A DNA stretch of 64,000 bases, from contig JANPMG010000013.1 of NCBI GenBank assembly GCA_031422675.1, positions 5,403-69,402 on the forward strand. The letters are read 5' to 3'. How positions within the stretch are numbered: position 1 is the first letter of the stretch; the number at the start of each line of letters is the position of its first letter. The notes beneath the pieces are model-generated. The model saw nothing but the letters and a program-made list of their open reading frames with translations. It did not search any database and had not been told where the DNA came from. Positions 1 through 7,121 of this stretch are shown here, piece after piece. Source of the stretch: Acidimicrobiia bacterium (lineage in GTDB: Bacteria; Actinomycetota; Acidimicrobiia; IMCC26256; JAENVU01). The position numbers and the translations under genes are program-made.

Positions 1-92
1 CCCTGAAGATCCGGGAAGCACACGAGCACTGTGTCGATCTCGCCGGCGGCGATCGCGTCCCGCAGCGCGTCGGGCGTGAGGTTTCCAGTCAT
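1..92 (-). CDS. glutamine synthetase-family (GlnA-like / gamma-glutamyl-amine synthetase-like) protein, N-terminal 30 codons only; gene continues beyond window start
   Basis: Minus-strand ATG at 90-92 preceded by AAGGAGCAAGAGGACAG (revcomp of 93-109). Translation MTGNLTPDALRDAIAAGEIDTVLVCFPDLQG resembles N-termini of GS-family enzymes. Runs off the window. Confidence 0.55.
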   Translation of the reverse strand, partial: MTGNLTPDALRDAIAAGEIDTVLVCFPDLQ

Positions 93-301
93 CTGTCCTC
101 TTGCTCCTTCGGAGCGGGCCGGACGGGCCACGCTTCACTGGTAGATGGGCTGGGGTCGGTGCAGGGTCCGCTTCGCTCGGACATCGGGGCTCCTTCGACG
201 GACGAGGCGAGCAGAGCGTACGGCCCGGAATGCACGCGCCGCGGTTTCCGGCGGGGTCGGGGAGGTTCGAGTCGGGTCGGCCGGACGGGGAAGCGCCGGG
301 C

Positions 302-682
302 TCAGAAGGCCGACCGGAGCTTCGGAAGCATCGGGAAGTGGCGAACGTTCAGTGTCACGAGGTCGGCATCGAACGCTTCGGCGGTGGCTGCGATGACGTA
401 GTCGACGATGTCGATTGCCCCGTGCGAACGGCGAAAGCGGCGTAAGTGTTCACCGGCACGCGCCGCGATCGAGTCCGTGACGGGGACGAGTGCAACTCCG
501 GCGAAGAGTCGGTTCACGCTCGACCGTTCTGTCGATCGCATGCCGCCCTCGAGTTCCGTGCGCGAGAGCACACTCGCAAACGCGCCGTCCGAGACGGCCG
601 CGGCACGGAGTCGTTCGGTCGCGCGTCCGTCACCGCGCAGGTGGGCGATCAGAACCGACGAGTCGAACAGCGCGGCGGTCAC
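302..682 (-). CDS. vapC: PIN-domain toxin VapC
   Basis: 126 aa starting VTAALFDSSVLIAHL..; PIN-like acidic residues (FDSS, SRTELE, DIVDYVIAATA). GTG at 680-682 overlaps the vapB stop by 4 nt (GTGA). The ORF-track ATG at 748 would overlap vapB by 70 nt, so it is rejected. Confidence 0.85.
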   Translation of the reverse strand: MTAALFDSSVLIAHLRGDGRATERLRAAAVSDGAFASVLSRTELEGGMRSTERSSVNRLFAGVALVPVTDSIAARAGEHLRRFRRSHGAIDIVDYVIAATAEAFDADLVTLNVRHFPMLPKLRSAF

Positions 683-939
683 AGTCCGAGGTCCGCGAGT
701 CGATCGGCACTCCCTCGGCCGCGGACTGCGGCAAGCCATTCCGGCCATTCGGGCGCATCGGGAAGAATGCCTGCGGTTGCATCGATCGCGGCGAGCCGAT
801 CGGCGGTGCCGTCATCGATGCCGAGGTCCGCGTCGAGGATCCGGCGGATCACCTCGGCTTTGGAGATCTGACCGTCAGCCGCTCGCTGCGCGATGGCGCG
901 CTGCTGCACTTCGGTCAGGTAGATCTGGGTCCGCTGCAT
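679..939 (-). CDS. vapB: ribbon-helix-helix (CopG/VapB-type) antitoxin
   Basis: 86 aa. N-terminus MQRTQIYLTEVQQRAIAQRAADGQISKAEVIRRIL is RHH-like. Lies immediately upstream of, and is translationally coupled to, the PIN gene. Confidence 0.8.
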   Translation of the reverse strand: MQRTQIYLTEVQQRAIAQRAADGQISKAEVIRRILDADLGIDDGTADRLAAIDATAGILPDAPEWPEWLAAVRGRGSADRLADLGL

Positions 940-957
940 ACATCAGGAGCATACATC
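936..957 (-). promoter_or_regulatory. 9-nt direct repeat (GATGTATGC x2 on the minus strand) spanning the vapB start codon and -10-like box; candidate VapB operator
   Basis: GCATACATC at 936-944 and again at 949-957. The first copy contains the vapB ATG (937-939); the second overlaps TATGCT (948-953). Confidence 0.4.
948..953 (-). promoter_or_regulatory. -10-like hexamer TATGCT, 8 nt upstream of the vapB ATG (leaderless geometry)
   Basis: revcomp of 948-953 = TATGCT (TANNNT); spacer 940-947. Confidence 0.35.
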
Positions 958-998
958 GCTCAGACAGTTGTGGTCTGCTGAAAGGTCGCCGGGCGCCG

Positions 999-1062
999 CC
1001 GTCACGCCCGGTTACCGTCACGTCCGGTTACCGTCACGCCCGGATACCGTCACGCCCGGATG
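999..1062. repeat. 4 x 16-nt head-to-tail tandem repeat CCGTCACG(C/T)CCGG(T/A)T(A/G)
   Basis: Units at 999-1014, 1015-1030, 1031-1046 and 1047-1062, read directly. Each carries the odd palindrome CGTcACG. Unit 4 contains the stop (1050-1052) of the DMGO-like gene. The array lies 60-123 nt upstream of the vapB ATG. Confidence 0.9.
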
Positions 1063-3494
1063 CGGGCGCCCTTCGGGTCCCACTGCGGGTCCCGGACGAT
1101 CTCGGCCGGCTGCCACGTGCCGAACATCTCGATCTCGACCGCCCGCCCGATATCGGACCGGTTCGCGGGGACGTAGGCGAATGCGAGCGCCCCGCCCACG
1201 CGGTAGCCGTAGTTCCCGCTGGTCACCCGGCCGACGATCTCGCCGCCCACGCGCACCGGTTCGGATCCGAGCGGCACCGCGAGCGGGTCGAGCGGGCGGA
1301 CGCAGCGCAGCCGACGGCTCACCCCGCTCGCCTTCACGGCTCGGAGCGCGCGCTGGCCGACGAACTCGGTCGGCGAGTCGAGCGCGACGGCGAACCCGAG
1401 CCCGGCCTCGTACGGGTTGTCCTCGGGGGTGATATCGGCGGACCACACGCGGTAGCCCTTCTCCACCCGCAGCGCGTCGATGGCGCGATATCCGGCGGCG
1501 CACAGGTCGTGGCGCGCCCCGGCCTCCCACAGCAGATCCCAGAGCGCGACCCCGTACTCGGACGGACAGTAGAGCTCCCAGCCGAGTTCGCCCACGTAGG
1601 TCACGCGCACTGCGACGATCGGAACCGAGCCGAGCGTGAGCGACTGCGCGCTCAGGTACGGGAACGCGTCGTTGGACAACGACGTCGTGGTCAGCGGCGC
1701 GAGCAGATCACGCGCGCGTGGGCCCCATACGCCGAGACAGGCGAAGCCACCCGTCACGTCGACGAGTTCCGCCGCGTCACCCTCGGTCAGGAGATCCTGT
1801 TGCTTGCGCAGCCACCCCAGATCGTGGGCGCCGAACGCGGTTCCGGTGACGACGAGGAAACGATCCCGGCCGAGCCGGGTGACCGTGAGATCGCACTCGA
1901 TGCCACCCCGGTCGTTACACAGCTGGGTGTAGATGACCGAGCCAATGGCGCGGTCCACGTCGTTCGCGCACACCCGTTGCAGAAAGTTCGCCGCGCCCGC
2001 GCCGCGAACTTCCAACTTCGAGAAGCTCGTCTCGTCGAAGATCGCGACCGAGTCCCGGCACGCGAGCGCCTCCACCTCGATCGCCGGACTCCAGTGTTCG
2101 CCCGCCCATCCATGCGGTCGCAACTCCTCGGAACCGCGGGACGCGTGCGGCGCGAACCAGTTGGGCCGCTCCCACATGCTCTTCTCGCCGAACTCGCATC
2201 CCAGTGCGGCCAACCGGTCGTACGCGGGCGAGCGGCGCAACGGCCGTCCCGCGGTCCGCTCCTCGTTCGGAAAGTGGATGTCGTAGTAAGTGGAGTACAC
2301 CTCGACCGATCGCGCGACCGCGAGCTCGCGGCTCGCGTACTGCGGACCGAAGCGACGGATGTCCATCTTCCAGGTGTCGAAGCTCGGTTCGCCGTCGAGA
2401 ATCCACTCGCTCATCACGCGCCCGATCCCGCCTGCGCCCGCAATGCCGTGCGCGCAGAACCCGGCGGCCACGAAGAGGCCGTGCACGGCGCTCTCGCCGA
2501 GGACGAACTCGTTGTCGGGCGTGAAACCCTCGGGGCCGTTCACCAAGGAGATGATCTCGGCGTTCTCCGCCGCCGGAACCCGTCGGATCGCGTTGGTCAT
2601 GATCGGCGCGAACCGGTCCCAGTCTTCCGGGAGCAACTTGTTATTGAAATCGGCCGGGACCCCATGAACACTCCACGGCGCCGGATCCCGTTCGTAGCCG
2701 CCGAGGACGAGCCCGCCGGATTCGCGGCGGAAGTACACGAGGTTGTCGGGGTCACGTAGTTGCGGCAACGAGTCGGTGACGCCGTCGATGGGCGCGGTCA
2801 CCACGTACTGATGGGCCATCGGCACGATCGGCACCGCGATGCTCGCGAGGGCCGCGACGTCGGGGGTGTACATCCCGCACGCGAGCACGACGGTCTCCGC
2901 CTCCACCCGTCCCTTATCGGTCTCGACCGCGCGCACCCGACCGTGCGTGACGTCGAAGCCGGTGACCCGGACACCGGTCTCCACCGTGACGCCGCGGGCC
3001 TTGGCCCCGCCGATCAACGCGTAGGTGAGGCCGCTGGGATCGAGGTAGCCGTCGGTGGGTAGCCACACCCCGCCGAGCACGCCCGCGGGGTCCATGAGCG
3101 GGAACAACTCGGCCGCCTCCCCGGGGCCGACGAGTTCCATCGGCAGACCGAAGGTCTTGGCCCACCCGTGCTGGCGAGTGAGCTCCTCCATGCGAGCAGT
3201 GGTGGAAGCGATGCGGAGCGATCCGACCTCACGCCAGCCGGGGGAGCGGCCCGTCTCTGCGGCCTCCGTTTCCAAGCGGCGGTAGAGATCGACGCTGTGC
3301 ATCATCATGCGCGTCAACGGCAGCGAGCCGCGGAGCTGACCGACGAGTCCCGCGGAATGGAAGGTGGAGCCGCTCGTGACCTCGGCGCGTTCGAGGACGA
3401 GCACATCGGTGCACCCGGCCTCGGCGAGATGCCACGCAATGCTCGCCCCCCCGACCCCGGCGCCGACGACGACGACCTGCGCGCGCGACTTCAT
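1050..3494 (-). CDS. FAD-dependent oxidoreductase fused to a GcvT-like folate-binding domain (dimethylglycine oxidase / sarcosine dehydrogenase family)
   Basis: 814 aa. N-terminal GxGxxG (VVVVGAGVGGAS), DAO-type domain, C-terminal aminomethyltransferase-like domain. ATG at 3494 overlaps the upstream stop (ATGA). The first 134 codons of the track ORF (to 3896) are a shadow of the kinase gene. Confidence 0.9.
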   Translation of the reverse strand: MKSRAQVVVVGAGVGGASIAWHLAEAGCTDVLVLERAEVTSGSTFHSAGLVGQLRGSLPLTRMMMHSVDLYRRLETEAAETGRSPGWREVGSLRIASTTARMEELTRQHGWAKTFGLPMELVGPGEAAELFPLMDPAGVLGGVWLPTDGYLDPSGLTYALIGGAKARGVTVETGVRVTGFDVTHGRVRAVETDKGRVEAETVVLACGMYTPDVAALASIAVPIVPMAHQYVVTAPIDGVTDSLPQLRDPDNLVYFRRESGGLVLGGYERDPAPWSVHGVPADFNNKLLPEDWDRFAPIMTNAIRRVPAAENAEIISLVNGPEGFTPDNEFVLGESAVHGLFVAAGFCAHGIAGAGGIGRVMSEWILDGEPSFDTWKMDIRRFGPQYASRELAVARSVEVYSTYYDIHFPNEERTAGRPLRRSPAYDRLAALGCEFGEKSMWERPNWFAPHASRGSEELRPHGWAGEHWSPAIEVEALACRDSVAIFDETSFSKLEVRGAGAANFLQRVCANDVDRAIGSVIYTQLCNDRGGIECDLTVTRLGRDRFLVVTGTAFGAHDLGWLRKQQDLLTEGDAAELVDVTGGFACLGVWGPRARDLLAPLTTTSLSNDAFPYLSAQSLTLGSVPIVAVRVTYVGELGWELYCPSEYGVALWDLLWEAGARHDLCAAGYRAIDALRVEKGYRVWSADITPEDNPYEAGLGFAVALDSPTEFVGQRALRAVKASGVSRRLRCVRPLDPLAVPLGSEPVRVGGEIVGRVTSGNYGYRVGGALAFAYVPANRSDIGRAVEIEMFGTWQPAEIVRDPQWDPKGARIRA

Positions 3495-4444
3495 GCCGGT
3501 TCTGCAACCGCAGCTGCGGCCACGAGATCGGCGGGGTACTCGGGTGTCGCCGCGTTGGTGAGCAGCCGGTCGAAGTGTTCGTCGGCGTAGGCGCGGTAAT
3601 CGAAGTCGATGGTGCTGATCCCTTGCTGCACTACGCCCCACATCGCCTCGCGAGCGTCGCTCACGATCTTCATCAGGCGCGTGCGTGCGAGGGTCCGGTG
3701 CGTGACGCTCCCGTGGTACGCGCCGACGAGGTGCATCTCGGCCGCAGCGGAGAGCGAGTTGTTGATCGCGAGATTCCCGAGGTCGAACGCTCGATCGTTC
3801 ATCCCTGCATACTCCCAGTCCAGGAGCCAGAGCCGGGGACCCGCGCCGCGCCCGTTCGTGCCGAGGAAGTTCGCGTGCAGGAGATCGTTGTGGCACGGAA
3901 CCGGCGGATCGGGCGTGGCCGCGAACGCGACGCGGATCTCCTCGACGATCGCGGCAACGCGCGCGTACGCCGCCGGGATCGTCACGTGGAGCGCCACCGC
4001 CGCGGCGTGGTGCAGGCGGGGGACGGAGAACGCGTCGAAGCTGTGGTCGAGTGGGCCCGACGAATGAAACGCGCGCAGCATCGCGGCGATCGCGTCGAGG
4101 GTGTCCGATGCTTCCAAATGTGCCGCCGGCAGCGCGTCGCCGGGCACGAACTCGGTCACGAGGCAGCCATTGAAGAGGCCGAGGACCGGAGGTGCGATCC
4201 CGAGGGCGGCGGCGCGTGACGCGGCGGTGAACTCTGCGTCCCGGTCGATCTCGAGGAGGTCGGTGTGCGCGCCGGGCAGGCGCACGACGAAGCGCGCACC
4301 GTCGACATCGACGACATGGTTGCGGTTCGTGATGCCGCCGCTCAGTGCGCCGACGACCCGAGCCCGGCCACTCCAGCCCGGCACCCGGGCAATGACCGCA
4401 GCGATCCGGGCCGATTCGAGGTTCGATTCAGGATTCAGATCCAC
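3491..4444 (-). CDS. choline/ethanolamine kinase-family phosphotransferase
   Basis: 317 aa. Brenner motif HNDLLHANF and choline-kinase motif LLDWEYAGMNDRAFDLGN. GTG start with GGAG 7 nt upstream. Confidence 0.85.
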   Translation of the reverse strand: MDLNPESNLESARIAAVIARVPGWSGRARVVGALSGGITNRNHVVDVDGARFVVRLPGAHTDLLEIDRDAEFTAASRAAALGIAPPVLGLFNGCLVTEFVPGDALPAAHLEASDTLDAIAAMLRAFHSSGPLDHSFDAFSVPRLHHAAAVALHVTIPAAYARVAAIVEEIRVAFAATPDPPVPCHNDLLHANFLGTNGRGAGPRLWLLDWEYAGMNDRAFDLGNLAINNSLSAAAEMHLVGAYHGSVTHRTLARTRLMKIVSDAREAMWGVVQQGISTIDFDYRAYADEHFDRLLTNAATPEYPADLVAAAAVAEPA

Positions 4445-4452
4445 CGCCGACT

Positions 4453-4473
4453 CCGGATCGGTCGATGATCCGG
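4453..4473 (-). other. intercistronic hairpin (7-bp stem CCGGATC/GATCCGG, 7-nt loop) between the permease and kinase genes
   Basis: Read directly from 4453-4459 and 4467-4473. Sits in the 33-nt gap. Confidence 0.3.
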
Positions 4474-4477
4474 CCGC

Positions 4478-6178
4478 TCAGCGCTCGGCGGGGGTGTCGC
4501 GCTCCATCCGTTGGAATGTGGAGGGATCGTCACCGGCTTCGACCGCCGCGAGTTCCCGTTCGATCGCCAGCAACTCCTCACGTGATCCCTGCACCTGTGG
4601 GCCATTGAACCACTTCTTGGCCGAGACCAGCCACCAGATCCCGATGACCGTGAAGATCAGCAGCATCAAGGGACCAGCCCAGTTGAAGTTGTTGAGTCCC
4701 ACGTTGACGCCGTCGATCCGGTCACCCGGAAGCCACGGGTAGAACGCAGGCAGGAAGAACACGAATCCGATGATGACCACCCAGACGAACGCGATCCAAC
4801 CGATTGGCTTGCTCCACCGTCCGAGGTTCCACGGTCCCACCTGGAAGTCACGGTTCCGCAGCCGCAGGAAGACGGGGATGATGTACGCGACGTACAGGCC
4901 CACGGTCCCGATGGACACAATGGCGAAGAACGCCACCGAGTAGCCGGCGTTCTGGTAGATCGACGGCAGCCCGAGCAGGAACGCGAGTCCCACTGCCAGC
5001 CACACCGAGTTGGTCGGCGTCCGCGTGCGCGGGTTGATGCGGTGCCAGAGCCGATGGCCGGGCACGGCACCGTCACGCGAGAAGGCGTAGATCATGCGGG
5101 AGTTCGCGGTGACCGACGCCATGCCGCAGAACAGCTGGGCCACGATCGAGATGATGATGAGGAGCTTGCCGCCCGCCGGGCCGATCGCCGCGATGAAGAG
5201 CTGGAAGCCGGCGGTCAACCCGCCGACGGACAACGTTTCGTAGGCGCCATTCGGGATCGCGCGGAGCATGGCGAGGTTCAGGATGAGTCCCGCGATCGCC
5301 GAGACGTAGATCGCGCGCACGATCGCCTTCGAGCTCGCCACGTTGGCCTCGATGGTCTCCTCGGTCATGTGAGCCGACGCGTCGAACCCGGTGATGGTGT
5401 ATTGCGCGATCAACATGCCGATCATGAACACATAAAGTCCGACGAACGGGAAGTCCCATCCGGTGCCGTTCGCGGACGAGAAGATGAAGTCCAGCTTTTG
5501 GTGCGACTCGGGCAGGATCACCAGTGCGCCCACGATGACCGCGACCCCGGTCACGTGCCACCAGACACTCACATTGTTGAAGACCGCGACCAGCTTGACT
5601 CGGAACGTGTTGATGAGCCCGTGCAGGATGAGCACGAGGCCGTACGTGGTGAGGACCCACCAGTTGTTCAGCAGGTTGTGGTCGACGTAGGAGCTGATCA
5701 GGAAGTTGATCGTGGTCGCGAGCCCGAAGTCGATGCTCGCGGTGATCGCCACCTGCCCGACGAAGTTGAACCAGCCGGTGAACCAACTCCAGGCGGGCGC
5801 GTTGCGCTTGGCGAGCTTTGCCGACCAGTAATAGAGGCCGCCGGCGGTCGGGTACGCGGAGCAGATCTCGGCCATCGCCAGCCCGACGAGCAACGTGAAG
5901 AAGCCGACGACGATCCAGCTGAACGTGACCGCTTTCGGGCCACCGGCCAACAGCGGGAGGTAGAACGTGGTGATCCCACCGGTGAGAATCGAGATGATCG
6001 TGAAGCTCACGGCAAAGTTGGAGAACCAACCCATACCGCGCTTGAGCTCCTGGGCGTAGCCCATCTCGTGCAGTCGATCGCGGTCCGCGTCGGCGGTGGC
6101 CGTTGAAGCCGAAGTCGCATCGTGGGTCGACACGCGTGGCCCCCTTCCCTCGTGGCGTATGTCGACGGGGATCGTCAC
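4478..6178 (-). CDS. APC-superfamily amino acid / amino-alcohol permease
   Basis: 566 aa, about 12 hydrophobic helices. The N-terminal block GYAQELKRGMGWFSNFAVSFTIISILTG is typical of the GABA/choline-type APC family. Start uncertain: GTG at 6178 or an internal GTG/ATG. Confidence 0.85.
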   Translation of the reverse strand: MTIPVDIRHEGRGPRVSTHDATSASTATADADRDRLHEMGYAQELKRGMGWFSNFAVSFTIISILTGGITTFYLPLLAGGPKAVTFSWIVVGFFTLLVGLAMAEICSAYPTAGGLYYWSAKLAKRNAPAWSWFTGWFNFVGQVAITASIDFGLATTINFLISSYVDHNLLNNWWVLTTYGLVLILHGLINTFRVKLVAVFNNVSVWWHVTGVAVIVGALVILPESHQKLDFIFSSANGTGWDFPFVGLYVFMIGMLIAQYTITGFDASAHMTEETIEANVASSKAIVRAIYVSAIAGLILNLAMLRAIPNGAYETLSVGGLTAGFQLFIAAIGPAGGKLLIIISIVAQLFCGMASVTANSRMIYAFSRDGAVPGHRLWHRINPRTRTPTNSVWLAVGLAFLLGLPSIYQNAGYSVAFFAIVSIGTVGLYVAYIIPVFLRLRNRDFQVGPWNLGRWSKPIGWIAFVWVVIIGFVFFLPAFYPWLPGDRIDGVNVGLNNFNWAGPLMLLIFTVIGIWWLVSAKKWFNGPQVQGSREELLAIERELAAVEAGDDPSTFQRMERDTPAER

Positions 6179-6285
6179 ACGTCAGGGTCCGCAATGGAAG
6201 GGGTGAAATGCTACGGATATCGTGGTTTATGGGGGTTCGAAGCGTCGGACTTCGTGGTTTGAGTGCCGACGTCGGCGAGTGCGGG

Positions 6286-7062
6286 TTACTCGGGGGTCAC
6301 GTAGGCGGCGGTGATACCGCCGTCCACGACGAGTTGGGCGCCGGTCATGAACGACGAGTCGTCCGACGCGAGGAACAGGGCGGCCTTGGCCAGCTCCTCG
6401 GCCTGACCGAGGCGACCCATCGGAATGTGGACGACGCGCCGGGCCTTGCGCGCCGGATCGCTCATCAGCTCCTCGAGCATCGGCGTGGAGACCGGACCCG
6501 GACACAGCGAGTTGGCGCGAATGTTCTGTCGGCCGTACTCGACCGCGATCTCACGGGTCATCGCCAACACCCCACCCTTCGATGCGGTGTACGCGATCTG
6601 CGCGGTGGCGGCACCCATCAGGGCCACGAAACTCGCGACGTTGACGATGGAGCCGCCCCCGGACGCGAGCATCGCCGGGATTCCGTACTTGCAGCCGAGC
6701 CAGACCCCTTTGAGGTTCACCTCCATGACGCGGTCCCACGTCGGCTCGGGGGTCTCGGTTGCGCCGCCGTCGTCGCCGGGGAAGATGCCTGCGTTGTTGT
6801 AGAGCACGTTGAGGGCTCCGAAGCGATCCATCGCGAAGTCCACCATGGCGCGCACCTGATCGGTGTTGGCCACGTCCACCTTCACGAACGCGGCTTCACC
6901 CCCAACCGCCTCGACGGCCGCCACCGTCTCGGCGCCACCGGCTTCACTGAAATCGGCGACGACGATGCGCGCGCCTTCCTGCGCGAAGAGGACCGACGCG
7001 ACCTGTCCCATGCCGTTTCCGGCGCCGGTGATGAGCGCCACCTTGCCGTCGAGTCTGGACAT
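6286..7062 (-). CDS. short-chain dehydrogenase/reductase (SDR)
   Basis: 258 aa; TGAGNGMG, NNAG and YTASK motifs. GGAG 7 nt upstream of the ATG. Confidence 0.9.
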   Translation of the reverse strand: MSRLDGKVALITGAGNGMGQVASVLFAQEGARIVVADFSEAGGAETVAAVEAVGGEAAFVKVDVANTDQVRAMVDFAMDRFGALNVLYNNAGIFPGDDGGATETPEPTWDRVMEVNLKGVWLGCKYGIPAMLASGGGSIVNVASFVALMGAATAQIAYTASKGGVLAMTREIAVEYGRQNIRANSLCPGPVSTPMLEELMSDPARKARRVVHIPMGRLGQAEELAKAALFLASDDSSFMTGAQLVVDGGITAAYVTPE

Positions 7063-7108
7063 GCGTGCTCCGTTCGGAATGGTCCAAGTTGTGAACGCAG
7101 CGCGCCGG

Positions 7109-7114
7109 TAGCCT
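7109..7114 (+). promoter_or_regulatory. -10-like TAGCCT, 7 nt upstream of the lysX ATG (leaderless geometry)
   Basis: TANNNT hexamer; no SD between it and ATG 7122. Confidence 0.35.
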
Positions 7115-7121
7115 CGACCAA

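Noticed and set aside
117-289. 11-nt direct repeat GGCCGGACGGG at 117-127 and 279-289, near the vapBC module
   Set aside because: It does not flank the vapBC genes (302-939). A single GC-only 11-mer match in 64 kb of this base composition is plausibly chance.
999-1062. Could the tandem arrays (999-1062 and 40961-41000) be CRISPR arrays?
   Set aside because: The units are contiguous with no spacers, only 10-16 nt long and only 4 copies each. No cas genes are present in the window.
408-2759. 783-aa plus-strand ORF, one of the longest in the track
   Set aside because: It is antisense to the well-supported DMGO-like gene. Its composition is dominated by Arg/Pro/Gly/Ala and it has no recognisable motif. 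This is a typical high-GC shadow ORF. The same reasoning applies to 7902-9947(-), 21391-23022(-), 17917-19344(-), 24672-26129(-), 36101-37705(+), 37810-39159(-), 45590-47218(+) and similar ORFs.
6263-6274. 12-nt perfect palindrome GCCGACGTCGGC downstream of the SDR gene, as a terminator
   Set aside because: It has no loop, so at most a 5-bp stem with a 2-nt loop can form, and there is no U tract. A nearby 9-mer repeat AAACCACGA (minus strand, two copies ~30 nt apart, upstream of the permease) was also noted, but it is too short to interpret.
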